From the NCBI GenBank assembly GCA_947259725.1, contig CAMYNM010000015.1:4227-68226 (forward strand): DNA of 64,000 nucleotides, written 5' to 3'. Position 1 is the stretch's first letter. Every line of letters begins with the position of its first letter. A program made the translations under genes and the position numbers. The stretch is from Thermoanaerobaculia bacterium (GTDB taxonomy: Bacteria; Acidobacteriota; Thermoanaerobaculia; Multivoradales; JAHEKO01). The notes under the pieces are model-generated. The model was not told the origin of the DNA and did not search any database. It worked only from the letters and a program-made list of their open reading frames with translations. Positions 43,058 through 51,484 of the stretch are shown here, in pieces.

Positions 43058-44581
43058 CTAAGCCGAAACCGCTTCCGGCCGCTCGCTGCCGGCCACTTCC
43101 AGACGATCGCGGCCGTGTCGCTTGGCTCGATAGAGAGCCGTGTCCGCCAACGCCAGCAGGCCGCGCCCCGCGTCAGGCTCCTCGACATCCGCCAGTTCCG
43201 CAATGCCGATGCTCACAGTTACCCGCACGTCCTCGCTCCCGAAGCTGAACTCCAGCTCGGCGATCATGCGCCGGATATCCTCGGCCAGGACGCGGGCACC
43301 CGCGACCTCGGCTTGAGGCATGAGCACCACGAACTCTTCGCCGCCGAAGCGCGCCAGAACGTCTTCCTCTCGCAACCGGCCGGCGATGAGCTCCGCCACG
43401 CTCACGAGCACGTCGTCGCCGGCGAGGTGCCCGAATCGATCGTTGATGTGCTTGAAATGATCTAAGTCGAGCATCAGGCAGGCCAGCGGGAGACCGTGCC
43501 TGAGGCTGGCGCTTACTTCGCGCGGCAGCACCTCGAGCAGGTGTCCCCGGTTGTAGGCGCCGGTCAGTGGGTCGGTGATCGCGGTGAGCTTGAGTTTCTG
43601 ATTCGTCGCCTCGAGCTCGGCGGCGAGCGCCTTGTACTGCGTGCTCCACGAGAAGCCGATTCGGAATCCGAAGAAAAGCGTCACGACCAGGAGAGTCATG
43701 AGCGTCCACTGCGGCAAGCTGAGGCCTTGCATGACGTTCTCGAGGTCCACGCGCAGTCCGACAGCTTCGGGCCGCCCCTCCAACACCTTCTCGAGAGCTG
43801 CGAAGGAAAACCTGCGCACGACGACCACGAACGCGACAATCGAGGCGATCACCGTCGATGCGCCGAGCATCACCGTTCCCCGGTTCCAGCTGCCGTTGCC
43901 GACTGTATGCACACCGAGCCCGCGTTTCCAGCGTTCGACCGTCGGACCGGCCGCTATCAGCAGCGGCATGCACAGCACCACTGCCTGGACGAACCCGCCC
44001 AGCCACCACCCCTGCCAAACCGGATAGAGCTGGTTGAGGCCGACTTCCTCGGTGTAGGCCCAGACGAAAGAGCCTGCCGAACCCACGATCGAGGCGATGA
44101 ACGCAACCATCACGAAGTAGAGCGCGGCCGGGATGGATCGCAGATCGGTACGCATCGGCAATGCCCGAAAGGCGAGAATCAGAGCCGCCAGCCCGATCGG
44201 GTTCGCCAGGGCGAACAGCAGGGTTCTCTCGAGAGGCATGCCGCTGAGAAGCGCCAGGACGAACGTCGAAAGATAGGCCGGCACGGCTCCCCACCAGTAG
44301 CCGAACCACAGCACCATCGGAACGCAAAACAGCAGGGGCAAATACACCGTGAGGTAGACCTCGGCCCCGCCGATGTGGACCGGAATGCCGGTCCAACCGC
44401 GCAGAGTCGTCAGCAGGCCACTCGGAACGACGACCAGCAAAGAGAGCAGCCAGAGGCCGACGAAGCGCCGATAGCCGGGTTCCCGGAATCGCCGGAAGGC
44501 CGTGGCGAAGGGCACCGGTGTCGGCGCCTCCAGAGTCACCACCGCCTCGACTATCTGCGTCAGCTGTCCGGACTCGTGCAT
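43058..44581 (-). CDS. Diguanylate cyclase (GGDEF) with a multi-TM N-terminal sensor domain
   Basis: Active site RFGGEEFVVLM. I-site REED lies five residues upstream at PleD-like spacing. About 8 TM helices occupy the N-terminal half. Confidence 0.9.
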   Translation of the reverse strand: MHESGQLTQIVEAVVTLEAPTPVPFATAFRRFREPGYRRFVGLWLLSLLVVVPSGLLTTLRGWTGIPVHIGGAEVYLTVYLPLLFCVPMVLWFGYWWGAVPAYLSTFVLALLSGMPLERTLLFALANPIGLAALILAFRALPMRTDLRSIPAALYFVMVAFIASIVGSAGSFVWAYTEEVGLNQLYPVWQGWWLGGFVQAVVLCMPLLIAAGPTVERWKRGLGVHTVGNGSWNRGTVMLGASTVIASIVAFVVVVRRFSFAALEKVLEGRPEAVGLRVDLENVMQGLSLPQWTLMTLLVVTLFFGFRIGFSWSTQYKALAAELEATNQKLKLTAITDPLTGAYNRGHLLEVLPREVSASLRHGLPLACLMLDLDHFKHINDRFGHLAGDDVLVSVAELIAGRLREEDVLARFGGEEFVVLMPQAEVAGARVLAEDIRRMIAELEFSFGSEDVRVTVSIGIAELADVEEPDAGRGLLALADTALYRAKRHGRDRLEVAGSERPEAVSA

Positions 44582-44681
44582 CGACCCAACCTACAAGCGA
44601 TCCAAGACGCCCACTGTGAGGTGGTTCTCACCCAAGACTCTGCTCCGAGCCTTACAAAGTGCCGCTCGGCGCCGGAGCCCG

Positions 44682-45209
44682 CTAACCGAACGCTTCCGGG
44701 TCCATCCCGGCGCCGGTCGCCAGCTCGGCGAGCCGCTCGAGTTGCTCGGGTCGGAGCTCGAGAAACAGGCCCGTCGAACGCGCCGCCACGGACCCGTCCG
44801 GAAGATCCAACCGGGCGCGGACGTGAACCTTGCGCCCGTTCACCCCCTCGATCCGCGCGTCGAGCGTTCCCACCGCTCCGAGCGGCACCAGCGCCAGAAA
44901 ATCGACTTCAATATGGGCCGCCACGACTCGGTGGCCTGCGATCCAGGCGCTAAAGCCCATCGCCTCGTCGAGCAGCGCCGCCAGCGCTCCGCCGTGAACG
45001 TGCCCGGGAGGGCCCTGGGACCCTGGTCCGAACCGCACCCGGGCCTTCAAAACTTCGGCTCCGATCGGCCTGAAGTAGCGCACCAGGAGGCGGCGACCGT
45101 CGCTTTCGCCCGAGACGTAGGACTCGGCCGTCCGAGCCTCGTTGAAGCGCTCGATCGATTCCCAGCCGGCTTCGCCGGCGAGGTCCGGGTGGGTGAGATC
45201 GTCGATCAT
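44682..45209 (-). CDS. PaaI-family hotdog-fold thioesterase
   Basis: PGHVHGGALAALLDEAMG motif. Start set at MIDDLTHPDL (45209). Confidence 0.8.
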   Translation of the reverse strand: MIDDLTHPDLAGEAGWESIERFNEARTAESYVSGESDGRRLLVRYFRPIGAEVLKARVRFGPGSQGPPGHVHGGALAALLDEAMGFSAWIAGHRVVAAHIEVDFLALVPLGAVGTLDARIEGVNGRKVHVRARLDLPDGSVAARSTGLFLELRPEQLERLAELATGAGMDPEAFG

Positions 45210-45347
45210 GGCGCTCGGCGCCCGGAGACGCAGAGCCACTATGCACTGCCGACTCTCGAAGACGCAACCCGTCGTCGCACGGGCTTCGGTCGGCCTCGGC
45301 CGCCCGCGATAGGATCGCCTCTTTCGAATCACCTTTGGAGGAACGCC

Positions 45348-45935
45348 ATGCCCTCACGAATCCAGCCGATCACCAAAGACGACACCGACGATGCCGATCT
45401 CAAGCAGCTTCTCGTTGACGGCGAGGAAGGCTGGTGGCATGACACCGAGATGTTCGGGGTCATCGCAAGGGTGCCGGATCTCTTGAAGAGCATCGTCCCG
45501 GTCTTCGGCTCGTTTTTCGGCGGCGGCCGAGTCGAGCCGCACATCTTCGAGATGATGCGGGTCAAGACCGGCCAGATGAACGACTGCCATTACTGAAGCA
45601 CCGTTCGCACCGCTGCCGTGCGCAGCGACGTGGAGCCCAAGGAAGAAGCGATCCTCTCCGGCGACTATTCGACTCTCTCGAGTCGTGAGGCGATCGCCGT
45701 CGAGCTGGCCGAGCGCATGGCCATGGACCCACATTCGGTCACCGATGAGTTCTGGCAGAGCCTCAAGGAGGAGTTCTCGGACGACGAGATAGTCGAGCTC
45801 GCTTTCGCGACCAGCATCTTCAACTGGGGCAACAAGTTCAACATCACCATGCGCCTCGACACCGACGGCAACGAGTATCCGAAGGGCATGAAGTACAAGG
45901 ACGCACCCACTTTCTGGCGGCGAGGCGAGACCTAG
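45348..45935 (+). CDS. Carboxymuconolactone decarboxylase / AhpD-like family protein with an in-frame TGA (45594-45596), a candidate selenoprotein (C-x-x-U)
   Basis: GGAGGA SD 5 nt before the ATG. Track ORFs ending at 45596 and starting at 45618 are in the same frame and are separated only by the TGA and sense codons. The joined 195-aa product reads ...RVKTGQMNDCHY[TGA]STVRTAAVR...DDEIVELAFATSIFNWGNKFN, so the TGA sits where the family's second CxxC cysteine lies. Confidence 0.7.
45608..45632 (+). promoter_or_regulatory. Candidate bacterial SECIS hairpin
   Basis: It starts 11 nt after the UGA. CAC-CGCUGC / GCAGCG-(AC bulge)-GUG gives 9 bp, with apical loop CGUGC (the G-U is in the loop). Confidence 0.5.
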
Positions 45936-45941
45936 GCGGCA

Positions 45942-46277
45942 CTATTCGGCGGGGGGCTCGACGTCGAGGTCGGTCTCGCCGCCGACGACCTGGAAATGGT
46001 CGATGGCATCACGGCGCTCGACGAGGAAGCGTTCGTCTTCCGGAAAGTAGATCGCCTGGCCGATGTCTTCGCCGGCGAATCCCCTGATCGCCTCATCCGA
46101 CTCCCAGAAGGAGAGCACCAGGAACTCCGCCCGATCGTCTCGGATTCGGCGCAGAACGAGCGATCCTCGGTTGCCCGGGGTCGAGCGGTGCGCGCGAACC
46201 CCCGTCCGTTCCAGGTACTCGACGTAGGACTCGGCGTCTTCCGGACGCGTGCTGCCGAACCAGAGCCTCGCGATCAT
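45942..46277 (-). CDS. ABM-like (dimeric alpha/beta-barrel) monooxygenase-fold protein
   Basis: About 110 aa. LVLRRIRDDRAEFLVLSFWESDEAIRGFAG is typical of the ABM fold. It lies 7 nt after the DyP stop. Confidence 0.6.
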   Translation of the reverse strand: MIARLWFGSTRPEDAESYVEYLERTGVRAHRSTPGNRGSLVLRRIRDDRAEFLVLSFWESDEAIRGFAGEDIGQAIYFPEDERFLVERRDAIDHFQVVGGETDLDVEPPAE

Positions 46278-46284
46278 GCCTGGG

Positions 46285-47778
46285 CTAGCCGCCTCCCGCC
46301 AGCGCGTGCAGACCGGCGATACTGGGCGCGAAAAAATACTCGCCGCCCAGGAGCCTCACGTGCTCATCGAACCGTATTCGCTTGCGGCCGCTCGAGCCGT
46401 GGCCGGTCGGCCAGTTCGGTGAGTCGTCGGGTCCCGCGGCGCCGCCGGCCTGCCCGACGATCGGATCCAGGCCGGTGCCCTGCTCGCTGAACTCGGGGTT
46501 GTTGGCCCACGAACGCTGAATGAACTCGAACTGATCTCGAATATCGTTCTGGAAGCACATGAAAAGCAGGCCGACCGTGCCGTTGTCCTCGTCGGTATAG
46601 GTTATCCCGCGGCGAGCGATCCGGCGCCGCTGCTCGCGGGCGAGGATGTTGACCAGGAAGCCGAGCGAGCCGCGCGGATTGACCTTTCGGACATGCGCGT
46701 GTAGAGGGCACTTGCTGCCGTCGGGATCCCGGTCGTAGTCGAAGTCCTCATCGCGGCGCGGATCGTAGCCCGGCTTCGGCCCCGCCTGCGTCGCCACCGG
46801 GGTTCCGTTCTTGAACCGGCCGATAGCCATCGCGCCAACCAGCTCCGGCTCCTGCCCGAGCTCGCGCGCCACCTTCTCGACCGCCGCTTCAAACGACTTC
46901 ACGTTCTGCTCGAGCTTGCGATAGACGAGATAGCTGCCGAATCCGCCCCGAGCGTGCCGATCCGGTTCCAGAACCAGATTCAACGGAGCCCGCTGGTCGT
47001 AGTGTCGGGCGGCGGGAGCTGCGTCATGAACGAACTGCGGCTGACTGACACCGTCGGCGTACCCGAAGTGCTCGATTGCCCGGCGCTTGGGAGAGCTGTC
47101 GCGCTCCTGCCGACCGCGCTCGTCGACCAGGATCGAACCGCCGGCCGCGGCGAGCTCGCGATCGATGGGCTCCTTGATGGAGTCCAGAGTCTCGGGATCA
47201 CGCGCGGCAACGATGACCAGAGCGTGAATCTCCGCGGCGTCGCGCTGATACCTGGGCTCCCAGGCTCCGACCGGAGCATCCCCGAGCCGGCGGCCGCGCT
47301 CCTGCATGCCTTCTCTGAAGGCTCCGTCTCTAGGTCTCTTCTCACCCAGAAACTCGTAGCCCCGGCTGCTAAGCATCAACGTCGTCAGGGTCGTCTCCCG
47401 GGCCCTGTCCTGCCACTGGGCCGCCGCCGAGGTAACCCGAGTGTCGGTCATCCGCCCGATCCAGGCTCTGATCCTGGGCACCGCCGCGGCGTGGGCCGCC
47501 TCGTCGCGAGGTCGGCCGAAGCAGACCAGAAGATGCATGGCGTGATCACGCCCGTGTCCCTTGAGGATGTTCCCCTGGAGGCCGGCGAGGAATGCCATGG
47601 CCTCCGGCGTCGTAGGGTCGAGCGGCCGGTCGGAGTCGATGCCGGGCGGAAGGCTCCTGCCTTCGATCAGCGCTTCGACGCTCTTCAGGCCGTCGGCGGC
47701 GGTTTCGAGCACGGTGACGCCCGTCCGCAGGTAGAGAACCATGGATTCTCGCCAGAGTTTCTCCAGCGGGCCTAGCAT
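46285..47778 (-). CDS. Dyp-type peroxidase
   Basis: LQGNILKGHGRDH, FGYADGVSQPQF (GxxDG) and IARRGITY (distal Arg region). ATG at 47778 is preceded by GGGAGGAAGGGGG. The track start at 47970 is a false extension. Confidence 0.85.
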   Translation of the reverse strand: MLGPLEKLWRESMVLYLRTGVTVLETAADGLKSVEALIEGRSLPPGIDSDRPLDPTTPEAMAFLAGLQGNILKGHGRDHAMHLLVCFGRPRDEAAHAAAVPRIRAWIGRMTDTRVTSAAAQWQDRARETTLTTLMLSSRGYEFLGEKRPRDGAFREGMQERGRRLGDAPVGAWEPRYQRDAAEIHALVIVAARDPETLDSIKEPIDRELAAAGGSILVDERGRQERDSSPKRRAIEHFGYADGVSQPQFVHDAAPAARHYDQRAPLNLVLEPDRHARGGFGSYLVYRKLEQNVKSFEAAVEKVARELGQEPELVGAMAIGRFKNGTPVATQAGPKPGYDPRRDEDFDYDRDPDGSKCPLHAHVRKVNPRGSLGFLVNILAREQRRRIARRGITYTDEDNGTVGLLFMCFQNDIRDQFEFIQRSWANNPEFSEQGTGLDPIVGQAGGAAGPDDSPNWPTGHGSSGRKRIRFDEHVRLLGGEYFFAPSIAGLHALAGGG

Positions 47779-47906
47779 GTCCCCCTTCCTCCCTGCACCG
47801 CGAAAACGCTGATGTTCATTGATTCTGGAGCGCAGTCTAGCAAAGCGATCCGCACAGGGCGGTGGTATGATTCGGTTTTCGCCAGATACACACCGAGGAG
47901 GAGCCC

Positions 47907-48455
47907 ATGAAGAGACTCTCGATCGTAATGTTGACTCTTGCCGTCGCCGCCACGACCGGCGTGCCGGCATGGGCCGGTGTCGACGCCGCGTCGGTGTTCG
48001 ACCAGCTCAAATCACTCGAGGGCACCTGGACCGGTACCCCTGAGGGCAAGGGCGAGGAGGCCGAGGCGGAAGCCCGGGCCAAGCCGCACGCCGTCCACGA
48101 GTTCGAGGTCTCGGCGGGAGGCACTGTGGTGATGGAGACCATGGCTCCCGGTTCGGACCACGAGATGATCAACATGTACCACCTCGACGGCGAAGACCTG
48201 CTTCTCACGCACTACTGCGCCGGCGGAAACCAGCCGCGCATGCGACTCGACCGGGAGGCGAGCTCTGCCGGCGACCTGGTGTTCGCATTCGACGGCGGGA
48301 CCAACCTCGACCCGGCCGTGGACGAGCACATCCATTCGGCTCGCATCCGCATCCTCGAAGACGGCGGCCTCGACAGCATCTGGTTCGCGCAGGCGAGCGG
48401 CGAGGCGGCCGGCGAGATGGCCTTCCGCCTGACCCGAGCGGAAGCCGAGAACTAG
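47907..48455 (+). CDS. Secreted hypothetical protein
   Basis: GAGGAGGAG SD. Signal peptide MKRLSIVMLTLAVAATTGVPAWA. Conserved-looking HYCAGGNQPRMRL. No family name that I can assign with confidence. Confidence 0.6.
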   Translation: MKRLSIVMLTLAVAATTGVPAWAGVDAASVFDQLKSLEGTWTGTPEGKGEEAEAEARAKPHAVHEFEVSAGGTVVMETMAPGSDHEMINMYHLDGEDLLLTHYCAGGNQPRMRLDREASSAGDLVFAFDGGTNLDPAVDEHIHSARIRILEDGGLDSIWFAQASGEAAGEMAFRLTRAEAEN

Positions 48456-50206
48456 TCTCCCGGCGTCGCGAGTTCTTCGAGCCGTGCGCGCTGATCTGGA
48501 GCCTGATTGTTGAAGGGATCGACCTCGAGCGCCTTGCGGTAATTCTCGATCGCCTTGAGCCGCTCGCCCTTGAGCCGGTAGAGATCCGCCAGGCTGTACC
48601 AGACTCGCCAATGGTTCGGATGTCGCCGCGCGTTCAGGGTGTAGGCGGCAATCGCGTCGTCCCAGCGCTCGGAGTCGCGAAACTCGTCGCCCAGATGGTC
48701 CAGCTCCCCGAGCGTGAACGGCGCCCACCAGTCCACCCCACCGTAGGCTTCGGCACGCTTCTCGTACTCGGCGACGCCCGCCGCGCCGCCGCGCTCGCGA
48801 AAGACGACCGCAAGCGGCGGCTCTTCGAAGCTCGCGCGAATCGCGGCGAGCGCCGGATCCCGACCGCCGAAGTAGTCCAAAGAGCTGAACTGCGCCGGTA
48901 GCTCGATGGGCATTTCCCGGGTCTCACCGACATAGCTCGAGAGCTGATGATAAATCGTCGAAACCCATACAACGAGACCGCTGTGGGGCAAGGTGAAGCT
49001 GGTGTTGTCGCCGTAGCTCTTGTAGTAGGCGCCCGGCGGTTCCCCGACGAAGGTCGCCTCGGTGTGCTCGTCCAGAGCATGAGCCAGCATGACGCCGGCC
49101 GAGAACGTCGCACGACCGACCACCACGAACAGGCGGCCCTTGCGATTGATGCGGTCGCGCTTGATCACCTCGTGGACCAAGTCGTTGACCAGACTGCCGT
49201 CGCCGCCGATGTTGTAGCGTAGATCGATCACCATGTGATCGATCGGCGCACCGTCGACCGCCTTCCAGGCCGCTCGGCTGAATTCCACGAAGGTCTGCTT
49301 GCGGCGGCCGCTGTCGCCCATGTAGTTGATCTGGACGTAAAAGAGCTTGGATGTCCGGTCGTACGTAAACCAGAAAGCGGATCGGTAGCGCAGATGGAGT
49401 GGGAGAGCCGAGGACTCGTTGTAGTGATCGTCCGACGAACGGCCGTCGGGAGCTGTGACGTAGTCAGCCTGCTCGGAAGCCGGCCCCCAGATCTCGCCCC
49501 AGAACTGAAACGAGAGATCGAAGCCGGCTTCGATTGCCGGAAGAACCAGCCGCTCGGCATCCCTACCCGCCCGCCGCACCAGAAGCACCAGCTCGTTTCC
49601 TCCTTCGGTCACCCCCAGGGCTCGCAACGCCCCCGCGTTCGAAAGGTAAAGGGGCGCACGCTCGAGCGCGCCGAACCGGTTGTCGGCGCCGAGAAGGGTC
49701 GCCGACAGGTCCCACGCCCGCTCGGCGGGCAGGCCGCCGACCTGGAGGACCTCGGCGCCGACGAATCGAGCGAAAGGACGATCGATCGCGGTGATGAAGA
49801 TGCCGTCGGAAAATCGAAAGAAGCGCACCGGGTACCAGCGCTCGAACGACGGGACACCGACCGGGTCGACCGAGCTGTGACCGTCTCCGATTCGGGCAAC
49901 GAGTTGCATCACCCGGACGGCGATCTCGGTCGAATCGAGGCTCGGAACCGCGGTTCTCAGAGCCCTAGCCTCGCCGAGAAGAACCTCTCGACCGACCCGC
50001 GCGTAGGGGTCGGGATGGACCGTCTCGAGAGTCGTCACAAGGTGGTCGAGGTCTTCGAGCCACTCCACAGCGGTCATTTCGCTGCCGATCGCCAAGGCCG
50101 AATCGGAGGCCGCGGTGGGCTTCGCGCCAAGGAAGAGCACACCGATCAGCAGAATTGCGAGTGCGGTCAAGTGGGCACATTTGTCTACTACCGTAGTCGT
50201 CATCAC
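48452..50206 (-). CDS. S41-family peptidase-like protein with C-terminal TPR repeats
   Basis: VIDLRYNIGGDG and GRATFSAGVMLA (Ser region) are typical of S41/tail-specific proteases. C-terminal TPR WRVWYSLADLYRLKGERLKAIENYRKALEVDP. Confidence 0.75.
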   Translation of the reverse strand: MMTTTVVDKCAHLTALAILLIGVLFLGAKPTAASDSALAIGSEMTAVEWLEDLDHLVTTLETVHPDPYARVGREVLLGEARALRTAVPSLDSTEIAVRVMQLVARIGDGHSSVDPVGVPSFERWYPVRFFRFSDGIFITAIDRPFARFVGAEVLQVGGLPAERAWDLSATLLGADNRFGALERAPLYLSNAGALRALGVTEGGNELVLLVRRAGRDAERLVLPAIEAGFDLSFQFWGEIWGPASEQADYVTAPDGRSSDDHYNESSALPLHLRYRSAFWFTYDRTSKLFYVQINYMGDSGRRKQTFVEFSRAAWKAVDGAPIDHMVIDLRYNIGGDGSLVNDLVHEVIKRDRINRKGRLFVVVGRATFSAGVMLAHALDEHTEATFVGEPPGAYYKSYGDNTSFTLPHSGLVVWVSTIYHQLSSYVGETREMPIELPAQFSSLDYFGGRDPALAAIRASFEEPPLAVVFRERGGAAGVAEYEKRAEAYGGVDWWAPFTLGELDHLGDEFRDSERWDDAIAAYTLNARRHPNHWRVWYSLADLYRLKGERLKAIENYRKALEVDPFNNQAPDQRARLEELATPGD

Positions 50207-50328
50207 ACAAAACTACTCGGGTAGTCGGCGCGTGTCAAACATCCGGGCGCTCCGAACTCATGCGCGATCCTCGATAACTCGATTCGTCCTTGACGCAAAG
50301 CTGACGGTTTGCAGCAACACTCGCCAGA

Positions 50329-51249
50329 GTGCCGGTCTCCATTACGAACCAGTCGACTGAGCGGCGGCGCGGCCTTCGATCGCTGCTGCGCAACCTGAGG
50401 GATCGTCTGCACGCCCGGTACACGCGCGCCGTGGTCACCTCGGTCGCGTGCACGATCATCTTTTGCAGCCTCGGCATGGCCGCGGTCGAGATCCGTCACG
50501 ATGTCTCCTTCGCGGCCGTCGCGAGGTTCTTCTCTCGCAGTCACTTCCGCGAGGCAGACCTCAGCCGCCTGATCTACAACCCCGAGACCATCGCTCGGCT
50601 CGAGAGTCTCTTCGCCACGTTCCGCGGCTTCGATTCAGGCGGTCTGGTCTACGCCGACGGTAAGTCCCTGAGGTTCTACCCACACTTGACCGAGCGCGCC
50701 GAATCGGCGCGACGCCACTACCTCGAGAATCTCGAGATCTACCCGCGACTCGTCAAGCACTACTTTGCCTCGGACCTCGAGTCGCTTGCCCGCGAGATGC
50801 GGGTGCCGCCGGTGCGAGCTCGTCTCGAGCGCGCGGGCGTCGACTCGGCTGCCATGCTCGACTTTGGGACCGAGCCCCTCGAGTCCCTCGATGCCGACGG
50901 GAAGAGGCGACTCTTGCGCCGAACCGGCCGATTCATCCATGCCTTCAACCCGTTGGATCGACAGCCCTACGAGCTCTCCTTCCGCGAGAAGCTCCATTTC
51001 TACGAATCGGAAAGACCCCAGGGGCGGTTCGTGGGGATCTTCCAGATCCGTATACGGGGTTGGGCGAATCCGCTCGACGACCCGGGCGGGCACGCCATGA
51101 GCGTGAACAACCACTACCTGACGATTACCCGAGGACCAGGCGGCCGGTTTGTCGTGCGCGACTATTACCAGGGCGAACGCCGCGAGCACGCCGTTCACGG
51201 TGCTCCGAACCGGGGCTTGGTGCCCGCGAACGCTTCCGACATCGGCTAG
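50329..51249 (+). CDS. Hypothetical membrane-anchored protein
   Basis: Coding-like GC3 and one TM segment (AVVTSVACTIIFCSLGMAAV). No recognisable domain. GTG start is uncertain. Confidence 0.45.
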   Translation: MPVSITNQSTERRRGLRSLLRNLRDRLHARYTRAVVTSVACTIIFCSLGMAAVEIRHDVSFAAVARFFSRSHFREADLSRLIYNPETIARLESLFATFRGFDSGGLVYADGKSLRFYPHLTERAESARRHYLENLEIYPRLVKHYFASDLESLAREMRVPPVRARLERAGVDSAAMLDFGTEPLESLDADGKRRLLRRTGRFIHAFNPLDRQPYELSFREKLHFYESERPQGRFVGIFQIRIRGWANPLDDPGGHAMSVNNHYLTITRGPGGRFVVRDYYQGERREHAVHGAPNRGLVPANASDIG

Positions 51250-51484
51250 CTCGCCGCCACCCGCGCGGAGCCCGCGCATCCGGGATGCGCCGAGCCGAAG
51301 GTGGACCTCCGGCCCGTTGTGTCCTATAGTGCGATTTGCCGAGGCGTCTCGGCACTCGGCGCACAACAGGATCCCGATCGCGCCGCCCAGAACTGCCCCC
51401 GACCCGCCGCTGTTGTGCGGGAAGGACCACGGCGGCTGATTGTCGTCCGAGCGACGACCCTGACCGCCGAAGAAAGCACTCTAT

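Noticed and set aside
48944-48964. CTGATGA...CGAAAC resembling a hammerhead ribozyme core.
   Set aside because: The bases between the two boxes (TAAATCGT) cannot form stem II, and there is no stem I/III pairing. The site lies inside the S41 peptidase coding sequence.
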